Counted from the first letter of the stretch, positions 28,713 to 36,534 are shown. The stretch is 64,000 nt of DNA from Candidatus Kaiserbacteria bacterium (GCA_963813065.1 CAWEXP010000008.1:73289-137288), one strand, 5' to 3'. Program-made: numbers and translations. Notes: generated from the sequence alone by a model not told the origin.

Positions 28713-29074
28713 CGCTTAAGACATTGAGGCGCCCAATGTTCCTCAAACGCCTTCGCACTTTCCTTCCCGACTCCTACGTGAAATGTCAAAATGCTGACTG
28801 CCGGTATCGCCAATGCGCGGCCTCTCAGTGCAACCGCCTTCTTAAGCAACAAGAGCTCACCTTTGGACTTTGATGTGGTGTGCTCATTCTCCAATTCGTC
28901 ATCAATTGCATCCAGCGCGCGGTCCACTTCGTCGATTGTCAGAAGTATACCGGCCGATCCTACAAACACATTAAGCAACGATGGATGCGCAAGAGCTTTC
29001 AATATAGGATGGCGAACTTCCCATTCAAACTGATCGCTGTCGCAGCATGATACCCTTGCATCTAGTGTCGTCAT
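28667..29074 (-). CDS. Hypothetical protein (only minus-strand ORF in the array)
   Basis: 135 aa, overlaps the 3' end of 27684..28712. Weak call. Confidence 0.25.
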   Translation of the reverse strand: MTTLDARVSCCDSDQFEWEVRHPILKALAHPSLLNVFVGSAGILLTIDEVDRALDAIDDELENEHTTSKSKGELLLLKKAVALRGRALAIPAVSILTFHVGVGKESAKAFEEHWAPQCLKRYNALLNGTTSPVRA

Positions 29075-29309
29075 TGCACTCTCCTGATTAGGTCAACCGA
29101 GTTCCGACGATCCAGAACCCGGCATTCGCCAACCAAGAAGCCAAGTGCTTGCACCTGAGATGTGGAGTATACGAAGTAATCAATGTAAAGGCAACTTGCC
29201 ATAGTGCTCAGTATACAGACTTAACACTATGAGCAATATTGTTCAGTATTTACTAGCCGGTCAACTACTTTCTTCTTGCTTGCTTTGAGTATGCCGCCAA
29301 CCTTGATTT

Positions 29310-29891
29310 ATGTTGTTTGATCAAGCAGGTACGCGCAAATACCTCACTGCCGATGAACGACGCGCCTTCATTCGCGCGGCAAAGCGGTTCGTTCCTCCGG
29401 TCGAAACATTCTGTCTGACCCTAGCGCTCACGGGAGGGCGAATTTCGGAGATACTCGCGCTCACGCCCGACCGCATCGACCGAGCGAGCCACACGATCAT
29501 CATTGAGAGCCTCAAAAAGCGGCGTAGCGGTGTTTTTAGAGCCGTTCCTGTGCCGGACTACCTCATAGACAAGCTGACCGCCGTTCATGGCGTTTCTAGC
29601 GGTACAGGCGACACGTCGTTACGCAGCGAGCGACTCTGGCGGTGGAGCCGAACAACGGCGTGGCACTACATAAAGACGGTGATGGTCGCTGCTGGAATTC
29701 CCCGAAACGTGTCGAAGCCAAAGGCGCTGCGCCATGGCTTCGGCGTCGCCGGTACGCAGTCAGGCGTACCACTCAATATCATCCAGCGCTGGATGGGCCA
29801 CTCTCGTCTCGAAACCACGGCGATCTATACCAACGCTGTTGGTGATGAAGAGCGCGCCTTGGCCAAGCGGATGTGGAACGGGATGCCGTAA
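29310..29891 (+). CDS. Small tyrosine recombinase / phage-integrase-family catalytic domain
   Basis: Box I Arg (LALTGGRISEILAL). Motif RHGFGVAGTQSGVPLNIIQRWMGHSRLETTAIYT (H-x-x-R ... Y nucleophile). Only 193 aa. Confidence 0.8.
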   Translation: MLFDQAGTRKYLTADERRAFIRAAKRFVPPVETFCLTLALTGGRISEILALTPDRIDRASHTIIIESLKKRRSGVFRAVPVPDYLIDKLTAVHGVSSGTGDTSLRSERLWRWSRTTAWHYIKTVMVAAGIPRNVSKPKALRHGFGVAGTQSGVPLNIIQRWMGHSRLETTAIYTNAVGDEERALAKRMWNGMP

Positions 29892-29911
29892 AGAGTCACA
29901 TAGAGAACCGC

Positions 29912-29948
29912 GTTGCACAATATCCTTTTTCCGAAGGTGGTGTGCAGG
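29912..29948 (+). repeat. Array repeat R3
   Basis: Exact 37-mer, 20 bp after the tyrosine recombinase stop. Confidence 0.9.
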
Positions 29949-30303
29949 GTATCCACTGCGACCATTATTTGCAGTGAGATTCAATTTCCAAAGCTGAAGT
30001 AGTTGTCGGCGACCCAAACATTAATTCAGTATACTGATTAAACAGAATGAAGGCATTCTGTTCAGTGTCAGCAAACTACATCCGTCTCGAAGGCGGGGCT
30101 TTGCTCCCAAAGATAGATAGGAATCTGTAGGCCGGGCACCGCGACGATTAGGGGAAAGTGCGGAAACGCAGCCGTCTTGGGACCAGAAACGACCAAAACA
30201 GCTCAATAACCGCGCCAATCCCTGGGGACAAACATCGTGGATCGATGGCGAAGCCACGGACATTGTTGCAATATTGCTCGCGGCGAATCAGTTGTAAGCT
30301 ATA

Positions 30304-31080
30304 ATGATCCTTGCACCTATGACACCTATGCGGGATGAGTGCATCTACTCGAAGTATGCGCGGTATTTCGATTTGCTTTATCCGCATGACAAGTACGAAC
30401 GGCAAGCCAACATTCTTGACGCTGTGTTTGCTCGATACAGCAACCGGAAAATATCGCACATCCTCGACTTGGCATGTGGCACTGGTTCGCTTGCGAACCT
30501 ATTGGTCAAACGGGGTTATGCAGTAACGGGTCTCGAATTGAGCAAAGAGATGATTGCTATTGCGCAAAGCAAGGTTCCCGAGTTGCATGCCGTGCAGGGC
30601 CGCCTCGAAGAATTTCCAATACGTGGATCATATGATGCCATTACGTGCGTTTCAGCGCTGAACTACCTAGAATCAGCAGGCGCTCTGGAAGAATTGTTTG
30701 CGCACTGTAGCGAGTCACTAGTCGATGGTGGGTTATTGATTATACAGAATGCGCTAGTCCGCGGACGGTCTCACAAGTTTGGGCAGCTTCACGTCAATAC
30801 TTTTTCCAACGGTTCGATTTCTCTTGCTAAGTTCGGCACCTGGGACCTGGATGAGGCAACGAACGAGTGTCAAGCAAAGTTCTGTATCTTGCTCAAACAG
30901 CACGGTCACACCAAATTCGACATAGACCTACACCGTCTTCGTGTGTTCTCAACGGGAGAAATTACGTCTGCTTTACAGAAGAGCGGTTTGCAACCGTACG
31001 TGCTTGATGAAAAGACACTTGCACCATATTTGAAATCTACGGCGCCTGCGCTCTTCGTGGGGCGCAAAATTGTATCGTGA
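30304..31080 (+). CDS. Class I SAM-dependent methyltransferase (cassette 3)
   Basis: Motif I ILDLACGTGSLANLLVKRGYAVTGLELS. Confidence 0.8.
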   Translation: MILAPMTPMRDECIYSKYARYFDLLYPHDKYERQANILDAVFARYSNRKISHILDLACGTGSLANLLVKRGYAVTGLELSKEMIAIAQSKVPELHAVQGRLEEFPIRGSYDAITCVSALNYLESAGALEELFAHCSESLVDGGLLIIQNALVRGRSHKFGQLHVNTFSNGSISLAKFGTWDLDEATNECQAKFCILLKQHGHTKFDIDLHRLRVFSTGEITSALQKSGLQPYVLDEKTLAPYLKSTAPALFVGRKIVS

Positions 31081-31288
31081 TAGTCAATTCGCTTTATTTC
31101 GGAAATTGGTATTTTCCTCAGTATCAGAGCTTGGGCGAGCGCTGCACTTTCGTTATCTGCGCGATGTATGGCATTTAATAGATATTTGCGGCCTCGAAAA
31201 AAAATCGGGGTTCTGACTCCAAACCGATAACGCAATGAAGACAGTGCGCACAGATGTGGTGCGGTGTGGTCTCCACACACAGCACGAA

Positions 31289-31325
31289 GTTGCACAATGT
31301 CCTTTTTCCGAAGGTGGTGTGCAGG
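31289..31325 (+). repeat. Array repeat R4 (variant)
   Basis: 37-mer with a single A>G change (CAATGTCC). Confidence 0.9.
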
Positions 31326-31647
31326 TAGCAGATGTCGAATACTTCATGCAGTTGGCGGCGGCGAATGGTGGTCGATGAACAGTATAAGAGTGTTCCTTCT
31401 CCGGCCTCGGACACATCCGAGGCCAGTTCGTACTTGCTGCAAGTATCGTTCTTGGGTCCCTGCTGTATTCTGTCGGCCGCATTTTCGTATATGCCCACGA
31501 TACGCGGCAGAACGATTCGTGGTCCACAAGTGGCAATGCGTTCGAAGTTCCTATGCTACAATTCCGTCATGGCTCACCAATATATGTCGCAGCAAGCAAT
31601 CACCATCCCGTTCTCAAATCAAATGACACGCGGCAACCCAGATTTTT

Positions 31648-32547
31648 ATGGAGTGGTTGGCTAGTTTCAGCTCAACCGGACTGCACTTCCTCCTGGCACT
31701 GTTCGTGGGGGTTATTTCGTTGGTCCATCCAACCCCGTCGCTGGTTTGGCAGACCGTTACTGTATCTCAAGCGTCGACCACCGCACTATCATCTGCCGTG
31801 CAGACGCAAGCTACCCAGCCGTCTGCTATGCAGACACAATCTGTTCAATGGGTGCCAATCGCAGCGGCTTCAAGCACGAGCTACTCGCAAAGCGGTTCGA
31901 TGATCTATTACGAAGGTCAGCAAATCGTCACGGCAGACCCGACTACATTCCATGTTTCGTATGACCCTTTCAGTCCAAACTCATACGCAAAGGACAAGGA
32001 TCAGGTGTACTTCGGTCACGATGCAGGTGTCGATGTTCCCTCTGTCGCAGCCGGAGCCGATGTAATTGCGGGCGCGGACCCGTCGACATTCACGCCGATC
32101 TATGACGCGGCCGGATACTTTACTTTCTATGCAAAGGACAAGAATCGCGTGTTTTATGGTGGTGGGCGTCTTTTCCACACTGAAGCGCTCCCTGCCACTT
32201 TCGTCGTTCTACCAAGCGGCGAGCCACCCGATCCAAACGTTGCTTTTTCAAAGGATCAAAATCATGTCTACACATGGGCCGGGATAGTTGTCGATGCCGA
32301 TCCGGCGTCATTTGTAGTGATTGGAACTGTTCCCTACGCACCAGAGTTCGGCAATAGTGGCCCTGTCTATGCAAAGGACAAGAGCCATGTTTTTGTATCG
32401 GATGGACGAACGCTCGCGAGAGTTATCCCGGGTGCTGATCTATCGAGTTTTGTAATCAGCCCTTATTCAGCAACATCCACCTATGACGCGGAGGACAGCA
32501 ACCACTTCTATCTCGATGGCAGGGTCGTGGCGAATGGCGCCCTGTAA
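31648..32547 (+). CDS. Secreted DKNYY-repeat protein (cassette 4)
   Basis: Signal/TM N-terminus. Repeated YAKDK(D/N)xVYFG...GADPSTF units (PF13644-like). Paralogous to 44221..45832. Confidence 0.65.
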   Translation: MEWLASFSSTGLHFLLALFVGVISLVHPTPSLVWQTVTVSQASTTALSSAVQTQATQPSAMQTQSVQWVPIAAASSTSYSQSGSMIYYEGQQIVTADPTTFHVSYDPFSPNSYAKDKDQVYFGHDAGVDVPSVAAGADVIAGADPSTFTPIYDAAGYFTFYAKDKNRVFYGGGRLFHTEALPATFVVLPSGEPPDPNVAFSKDQNHVYTWAGIVVDADPASFVVIGTVPYAPEFGNSGPVYAKDKSHVFVSDGRTLARVIPGADLSSFVISPYSATSTYDAEDSNHFYLDGRVVANGAL

Positions 32548-32576
32548 CGAGAAGTCGCGATCAACCCACGTGTCAA

Positions 32577-33176
32577 TTGACCTTTCGTTGTAACCCTAAA
32601 CTACGATTGCACGAAGGTCGCTCGTCATCCCGAAATGCTGACTTCAAAAAAGTCGGTTGCATAAAAGCCTTGAACGTCATTTGGTGCGAGGGAATTGTTA
32701 GGGCGTTGCACAATATCCTTTTTCCGAAGGTGGTGTGCAGGTTCGCTGGATCTCTAAATAGCGCTGGGCAACAGGTCGAGTCATTCATTGGTATTGTTGA
32801 AAATGGTTTTTTCGACTGGCTTAGCACATACGGCCAATCAGTTGGTGGCGGAGCGTTTGGGCAGGCCGCCGGGATTACAAATACGGCAATAGAGACAGCA
32901 AAGGTCGTAGCCGAAATTCTAGATGACGCCATAAAGTCAAAACCGGCGACTCGGCAATATCTCGATTACGAACTCCAATCATTCTGCAACGGCTCGACTT
33001 GTAGCGCGTCCCAGCTGGCCCAAGCTGCCAACGACCTCAATCAATACTCCGACGCAAAGGTTGGATTGAATCTCGTAAAACAAGGATTTGCATTGCCTAG
33101 CATGACCGAAGTCGAGTTCCTTCAGAATGCGCTAACGCAATACGCTCTTGAAAAGGGCTACAAGGTGGTAAACTGA
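32577..33176 (+). CDS. Hypothetical protein (cassette 5); true start probably downstream of repeat R5
   Basis: The track ORF reads through repeat R5 (LHNILFPKVVCR is an artefact). Downstream part is Gly/Ala-rich. Confidence 0.3.
   Translation: MTFRCNPKLRLHEGRSSSRNADFKKVGCIKALNVIWCEGIVRALHNILFPKVVCRFAGSLNSAGQQVESFIGIVENGFFDWLSTYGQSVGGGAFGQAAGITNTAIETAKVVAEILDDAIKSKPATRQYLDYELQSFCNGSTCSASQLAQAANDLNQYSDAKVGLNLVKQGFALPSMTEVEFLQNALTQYALEKGYKVVN
32705..32741 (+). repeat. Array repeat R5
   Basis: Exact 37-mer. Confidence 0.9.
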
Positions 33177-33244
33177 GTGGGCATTCACTGGGGAAGTTCT
33201 CAACCCGTGAGGCGACTTGCGCTACGTAATATCAACATCATTTT

Positions 33245-33895
33245 ATGTTTCTCATTCCGAAAGTCACATTTTATTCGTCCGCGGCATGTCTCGGCCTACT
33301 GGCGATAAGCATTGCGGTTTTTGCAATTCGCAGCGACCAACGACTACATACGCTTCCATCGGATCAGGATAGATTTGTAGCTGATTGCCTAGGGGCCAAT
33401 AGTCTCGTCACCGCATCAGATACGACCTTGTGGGCAACGTATCAAACAGCCGATGTTGTTGGAATTCCAGCGTTAAACTTCAAATATCCTAAGGGTTTCG
33501 GAATTCCGCAGTCCAAGGTGGCGGATGGTACTGAGGAAATTCTGTTTTATGACTCGATGGGAGCAATAGGTTCCCCCCTGCCATTTTGCTCCGCACTTGT
33601 CGTTGTTCCCATCAGGCTAAAACCGGATCAATCACTAGATTCGCTCGTTGCGGAACAAGCTCTCCCTATCGAAAAATTTAAAGTCACCAATCAGTTCGTC
33701 ATTAATGATTATCGCGTGGTAAGCCAAGCAGCAGCCCCTAATGCGTCAACAATTGACTACTACGTCCAGATGAATGGCGACCAAGTTTTGGACTTTGTCT
33801 TTTCGCGTTCAGGTCCCGACGGCAACTTAAATCAAATGTCAGAATACGCTGCGCTCAGCAAGCAAATCATGTACACGGTGCAGTTCACGCCTTAG
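33245..33895 (+). CDS. Membrane-anchored/secreted hypothetical protein (cassette 5)
   Basis: N-terminal TM MFLIPKVTFYSSAACLGLLAISIAVFAI. Confidence 0.45.
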   Translation: MFLIPKVTFYSSAACLGLLAISIAVFAIRSDQRLHTLPSDQDRFVADCLGANSLVTASDTTLWATYQTADVVGIPALNFKYPKGFGIPQSKVADGTEEILFYDSMGAIGSPLPFCSALVVVPIRLKPDQSLDSLVAEQALPIEKFKVTNQFVINDYRVVSQAAAPNASTIDYYVQMNGDQVLDFVFSRSGPDGNLNQMSEYAALSKQIMYTVQFTP

Positions 33896-34073
33896 CGTGC
33901 GGCTTCCCTGCCTAATCAGTCAGTGACTTCTGCTCAAGCATGTGACAAAGCGGCCTCGGTAACACCGAGGCCGCGGAAAAAACAGGGTTACAATCCTTAT
34001 TGACCAGCTTTCGCCGCCGAAAGCTGCATGAGGTATTCGACAGCCTCTTGCGCCTTGCTCGCGGCGGTGAAGA

Positions 34074-34110
34074 GTTGCACAATATCCTTTTTCCGAAGGT
34101 GGTGTGCAGG
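34074..34110 (+). repeat. Array repeat R6
   Basis: Exact 37-mer, 32 bp from the cas2 stop (34143). Confidence 0.9.
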
Positions 34111-34142
34111 GACAGGTGAATACTGGCTGGAATCGCGGATTT

Positions 34143-34439
34143 CTAGACAATTTCAAAAGACTTAGCATTATATTGCTCCTCAATAGTGGCGCTGGCAGTC
34201 GAGTTCGTCGCGCATGATTTGCAGGAGGCGAGTAGGTGCAGACGGTCTCGCTTTCCTGATAGCAATGATAACATTCGCGCCTCGAACTCCCGACGTTCTT
34301 TAAAGGAAAGGCGTCCGACGTAGAGTGTTGGTTGCAGCTTGGACAGAGCATAATTTTTGGAGAACTGCTCTGCCTGAGCCTGCCGCTTTTTGTTAGCGGT
34401 TCGCCACGCGGCGATAGTGAGGAAGCCTGGATCACTCAT
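34143..34439 (-). CDS. cas2: CRISPR-associated endoribonuclease Cas2 (divergent)
   Basis: 98 aa. 4-nt ATGA overlap with the cas1 stop. Beta1-basic stretch-beta pattern (FLTIAAW...KKRQAQ...LQPTLYVGRLS...RDRLHLL) matches the Cas2 fold order. Sequence is divergent, so identity rests mainly on size and coupling to cas1. Confidence 0.55.
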   Translation of the reverse strand: MSDPGFLTIAAWRTANKKRQAQAEQFSKNYALSKLQPTLYVGRLSFKERREFEARMLSLLSGKRDRLHLLASCKSCATNSTASATIEEQYNAKSFEIV

Positions 34440-35488
34440 GGTGCGTACTCGAAGGGTATATACATCGTCTCTTTCTCCATAAATATCCGCGCGAGGAGCT
34501 CGCTCTGCTCGGTAATCGCGGCTTTGAGCGTGCGGCGCTTGCCGCGATGGGGCACCTTGAGCTCAAGGTGCTTGAGTACCGCCTCGACCACTTTGCTTTT
34601 ACCTTGCGCCGAGAGCCGATATTCGTTTTTGCTGACCTGCTCAAAGTCGCCACGCTTGCCGAGCTCTTTGGAGATGAAAAGAGGAATGACGGCGGCATCG
34701 ACGGCTGGCACGCGAAACTCCTCGATGAGGTCCAAGACGAGCGCTGGCTTGCCATATCGTTCGGAGTGGTAGAGACCGAGGTATGGGTCGAGGCCGATAT
34801 AGAGGCAGGCGCGCTCAATCTCATTGTAGAGGATACCGTAGCCATAGTTGAGCGCGCTATTGAACTTGTCACGGCCCTGCGGGATGCGACCGGGGAACTT
34901 GAAGAGTAATCTCATGCTTTGCCAATAGCGTTCGGCGATAGAGCCCTCGAAGCCGAGCAGCTCCTCATTTGCGCGATTGCTCGGGAGCAATTTTGCGATT
35001 GACTCAAACATCGTCTCTGCCTGCATGCGTTCCTTGGCATTTTCCGCTCCGTACCGGTCGGTGAGGTGACGCATAAAGCGGATTTGGTTGCGGCACTTGC
35101 CGATGACAAACGTGCGCGCGAGTTCAAACGATTTGGTCGGGTCGGAGGAAACTGCCAGCTGTGCGCGGCGTAGCGTCGCGAGCCCCTTCGGGTCGCTGGA
35201 GAATATGCGCCCGACCGGCTTGCCGAACGCACCGAGATAAACGATGTCCACCTCATGTGCTAACGCGAGCTGTACCGCATGCATGGAGATAGAGGATGGG
35301 CGCAGTATGACAATTTTACTCAACCTACGAATTGGGTATTCTTTCTTCACGCGCGGCGGCTTCGGGAGCCCTATTGCTCGGCGTTTCCGGCCCCTCGGCA
35401 ATGGCGGTTTGGGCCCGGGGAGGGAGATGGTAATCCGCTCGCCCGTCGCGCCGATAAATGTGCCGTAGGTGTCTATCAGCAAATCCAT
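34436..35488 (-). CDS. cas1: CRISPR-associated endonuclease Cas1
   Basis: Hallmarks ERYWQSMRLLF, NSALNYGYGILYNE and GLDPYLGLYH...ALVLDLIEEFRVPAVD (compare S. pyogenes NAGLDYGYTLL / GLKH...DIMEPFRPLVD). Unusual Lys/Arg/Pro-rich insert near the N-terminus. Confidence 0.9.
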   Translation of the reverse strand: MDLLIDTYGTFIGATGERITISLPGPKPPLPRGRKRRAIGLPKPPRVKKEYPIRRLSKIVILRPSSISMHAVQLALAHEVDIVYLGAFGKPVGRIFSSDPKGLATLRRAQLAVSSDPTKSFELARTFVIGKCRNQIRFMRHLTDRYGAENAKERMQAETMFESIAKLLPSNRANEELLGFEGSIAERYWQSMRLLFKFPGRIPQGRDKFNSALNYGYGILYNEIERACLYIGLDPYLGLYHSERYGKPALVLDLIEEFRVPAVDAAVIPLFISKELGKRGDFEQVSKNEYRLSAQGKSKVVEAVLKHLELKVPHRGKRRTLKAAITEQSELLARIFMEKETMYIPFEYAP

Positions 35489-35630
35489 TGGCGAAAAAAT
35501 ACCACCGCACTTGACCGATAGTCAAGAGACTTGCTTTGTCCTCCGCGGGGGGGGGGTTCGAACCCGCGTATGCTATCATATAAAGGTAGTCGTCAAACTT
35601 GACTACAAGTGGTAGTGTTCGGCGAGACAT

Positions 35631-35702
35631 GCGCCCGTAGCTCAGCGGTAGAGCAAGAAGCTTTTAACTTCGAGGTCGGTGGTTCGATCCCACCCGGGCG
35701 CA
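35631..35702 (+). tRNA. tRNA-Lys (anticodon TTT)
   Basis: Acceptor GCGCCCG/CGGGCGC, D-arm GCTCAGCGGTAGAGC, anticodon loop CTTTTAA, T-arm GGTGGTTCGATCCCACC. No encoded CCA. Confidence 0.85.
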
Positions 35703-35703
35703 C

Positions 35704-36534
35704 ATGACTGTTTCTTTTCGAGAGCGGTGTCGAGCTCTGCGCCAGCAAGGCAAGAGGATCATTGAGATTGTGAAGATAACTGACCGGGCCAAATCTTCTG
35801 TCTATACGCACATACGAGACATGCCCCTTAGTGCGGACCGGATGCGGGCAGTGCGCGTTGCATCGGGGCGGCATATTCGGCTCTATGCGCTCGCGAGAAA
35901 GGGAAAGAGTGCGCGAAAGTTTAGGACATTCAAAAAATGGACGCCCGAGCTGGTGCTCCTCGTTGCCCACTTATTGTTTGACGGCGAAATATATCGCGGC
36001 GGAATCTACAACAACCGAAACACCGCGCTTATTGAACGCGTTGAGCAATACATGCGAATACTGTACGACTATGAACCGAAACGGTATACGAATCCCCTGA
36101 CGGGTGTGCATCGGATTAGTTATCATAATGTAGAATTCGGCGCGTTTCTAAAAGCAAAATCTCGAGAGTTACTTACGAAAGTAAAACGAATGCCGCCCGA
36201 GCTAAAACGAGAATTTTTGCGAGCATTTTTCGACGACGAGGGATGCATGGACTATCGGCCCAATGAAAATCGGAGAATGGTACGCGGGTACCAAAAAGAT
36301 GTCAGAATTCTCAAGCTCGTAAAAACGCTCCTGCAAGATTTCAGAATCTCCGCTCGTATAGTGAGACCGAACGAGGTGGTGATTGTGGGAAAAGAGAATC
36401 TAAAACGATTTCAATGCGAGATCAACTTCTCTCGCGGCATTTTTATGAACGGCGATCGCCCAAATAGTCGCTGGAAAAAACATATGGAAAAACGCGAGCT
36501 GTTGCGGCTCGCCATTGCGTCATTTAAAAATTAG
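35704..36534 (+). CDS. Double-motif LAGLIDADG homing endonuclease with N-terminal HTH
   Basis: Motifs LVAHLLFDGEI and LRAFFDDEGCM. ATG starts 2 nt after the tRNA-Lys discriminator base. Confidence 0.7.
   Translation: MTVSFRERCRALRQQGKRIIEIVKITDRAKSSVYTHIRDMPLSADRMRAVRVASGRHIRLYALARKGKSARKFRTFKKWTPELVLLVAHLLFDGEIYRGGIYNNRNTALIERVEQYMRILYDYEPKRYTNPLTGVHRISYHNVEFGAFLKAKSRELLTKVKRMPPELKREFLRAFFDDEGCMDYRPNENRRMVRGYQKDVRILKLVKTLLQDFRISARIVRPNEVVIVGKENLKRFQCEINFSRGIFMNGDRPNSRWKKHMEKRELLRLAIASFKN

Larger units (their letters stand above)
24387..34110. CRISPR. CRISPR-like array of six identical 37-bp direct repeats with kilobase-scale gene-bearing spacers, adjacent to cas2-cas1
   Basis: Repeat GTTGCACAATATCCTTTTTCCGAAGGTGGTGTGCAGG at 24387, 27498, 29912, 31289, 32705 and 34074, all on the plus strand. 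Five are identical and one has an A>G change. Inter-repeat intervals are 3074, 2377, 1340, 1379 and 1332 bp. The last repeat is 32 bp from the cas2 stop. Confidence 0.55.

Noticed and set aside
29734-31626. ORFs 29734-29997 and 31264-31626 sharing the peptide FFRRWCAG; similarly LHNILFPKVVCR in 32577-33176 and 23911-24426
   Set aside because: The shared peptide is simply the 37-bp repeat translated in one frame. These ORFs are artefacts of reading through array repeats.
24387-34110. Interpreting the six repeats as an ordinary CRISPR array
   Set aside because: Spacers are 1.3-3.1 kb and contain complete genes. No short-spacer units are visible between them. It is reported instead as a non-canonical array.
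33920-34435. ORF 33920-34435 (minus, 171 aa) overlapping cas2
   Set aside because: It is the alternative frame across the cas2 gene and R6. cas2 is favoured by its ATGA coupling to cas1 and by its size.
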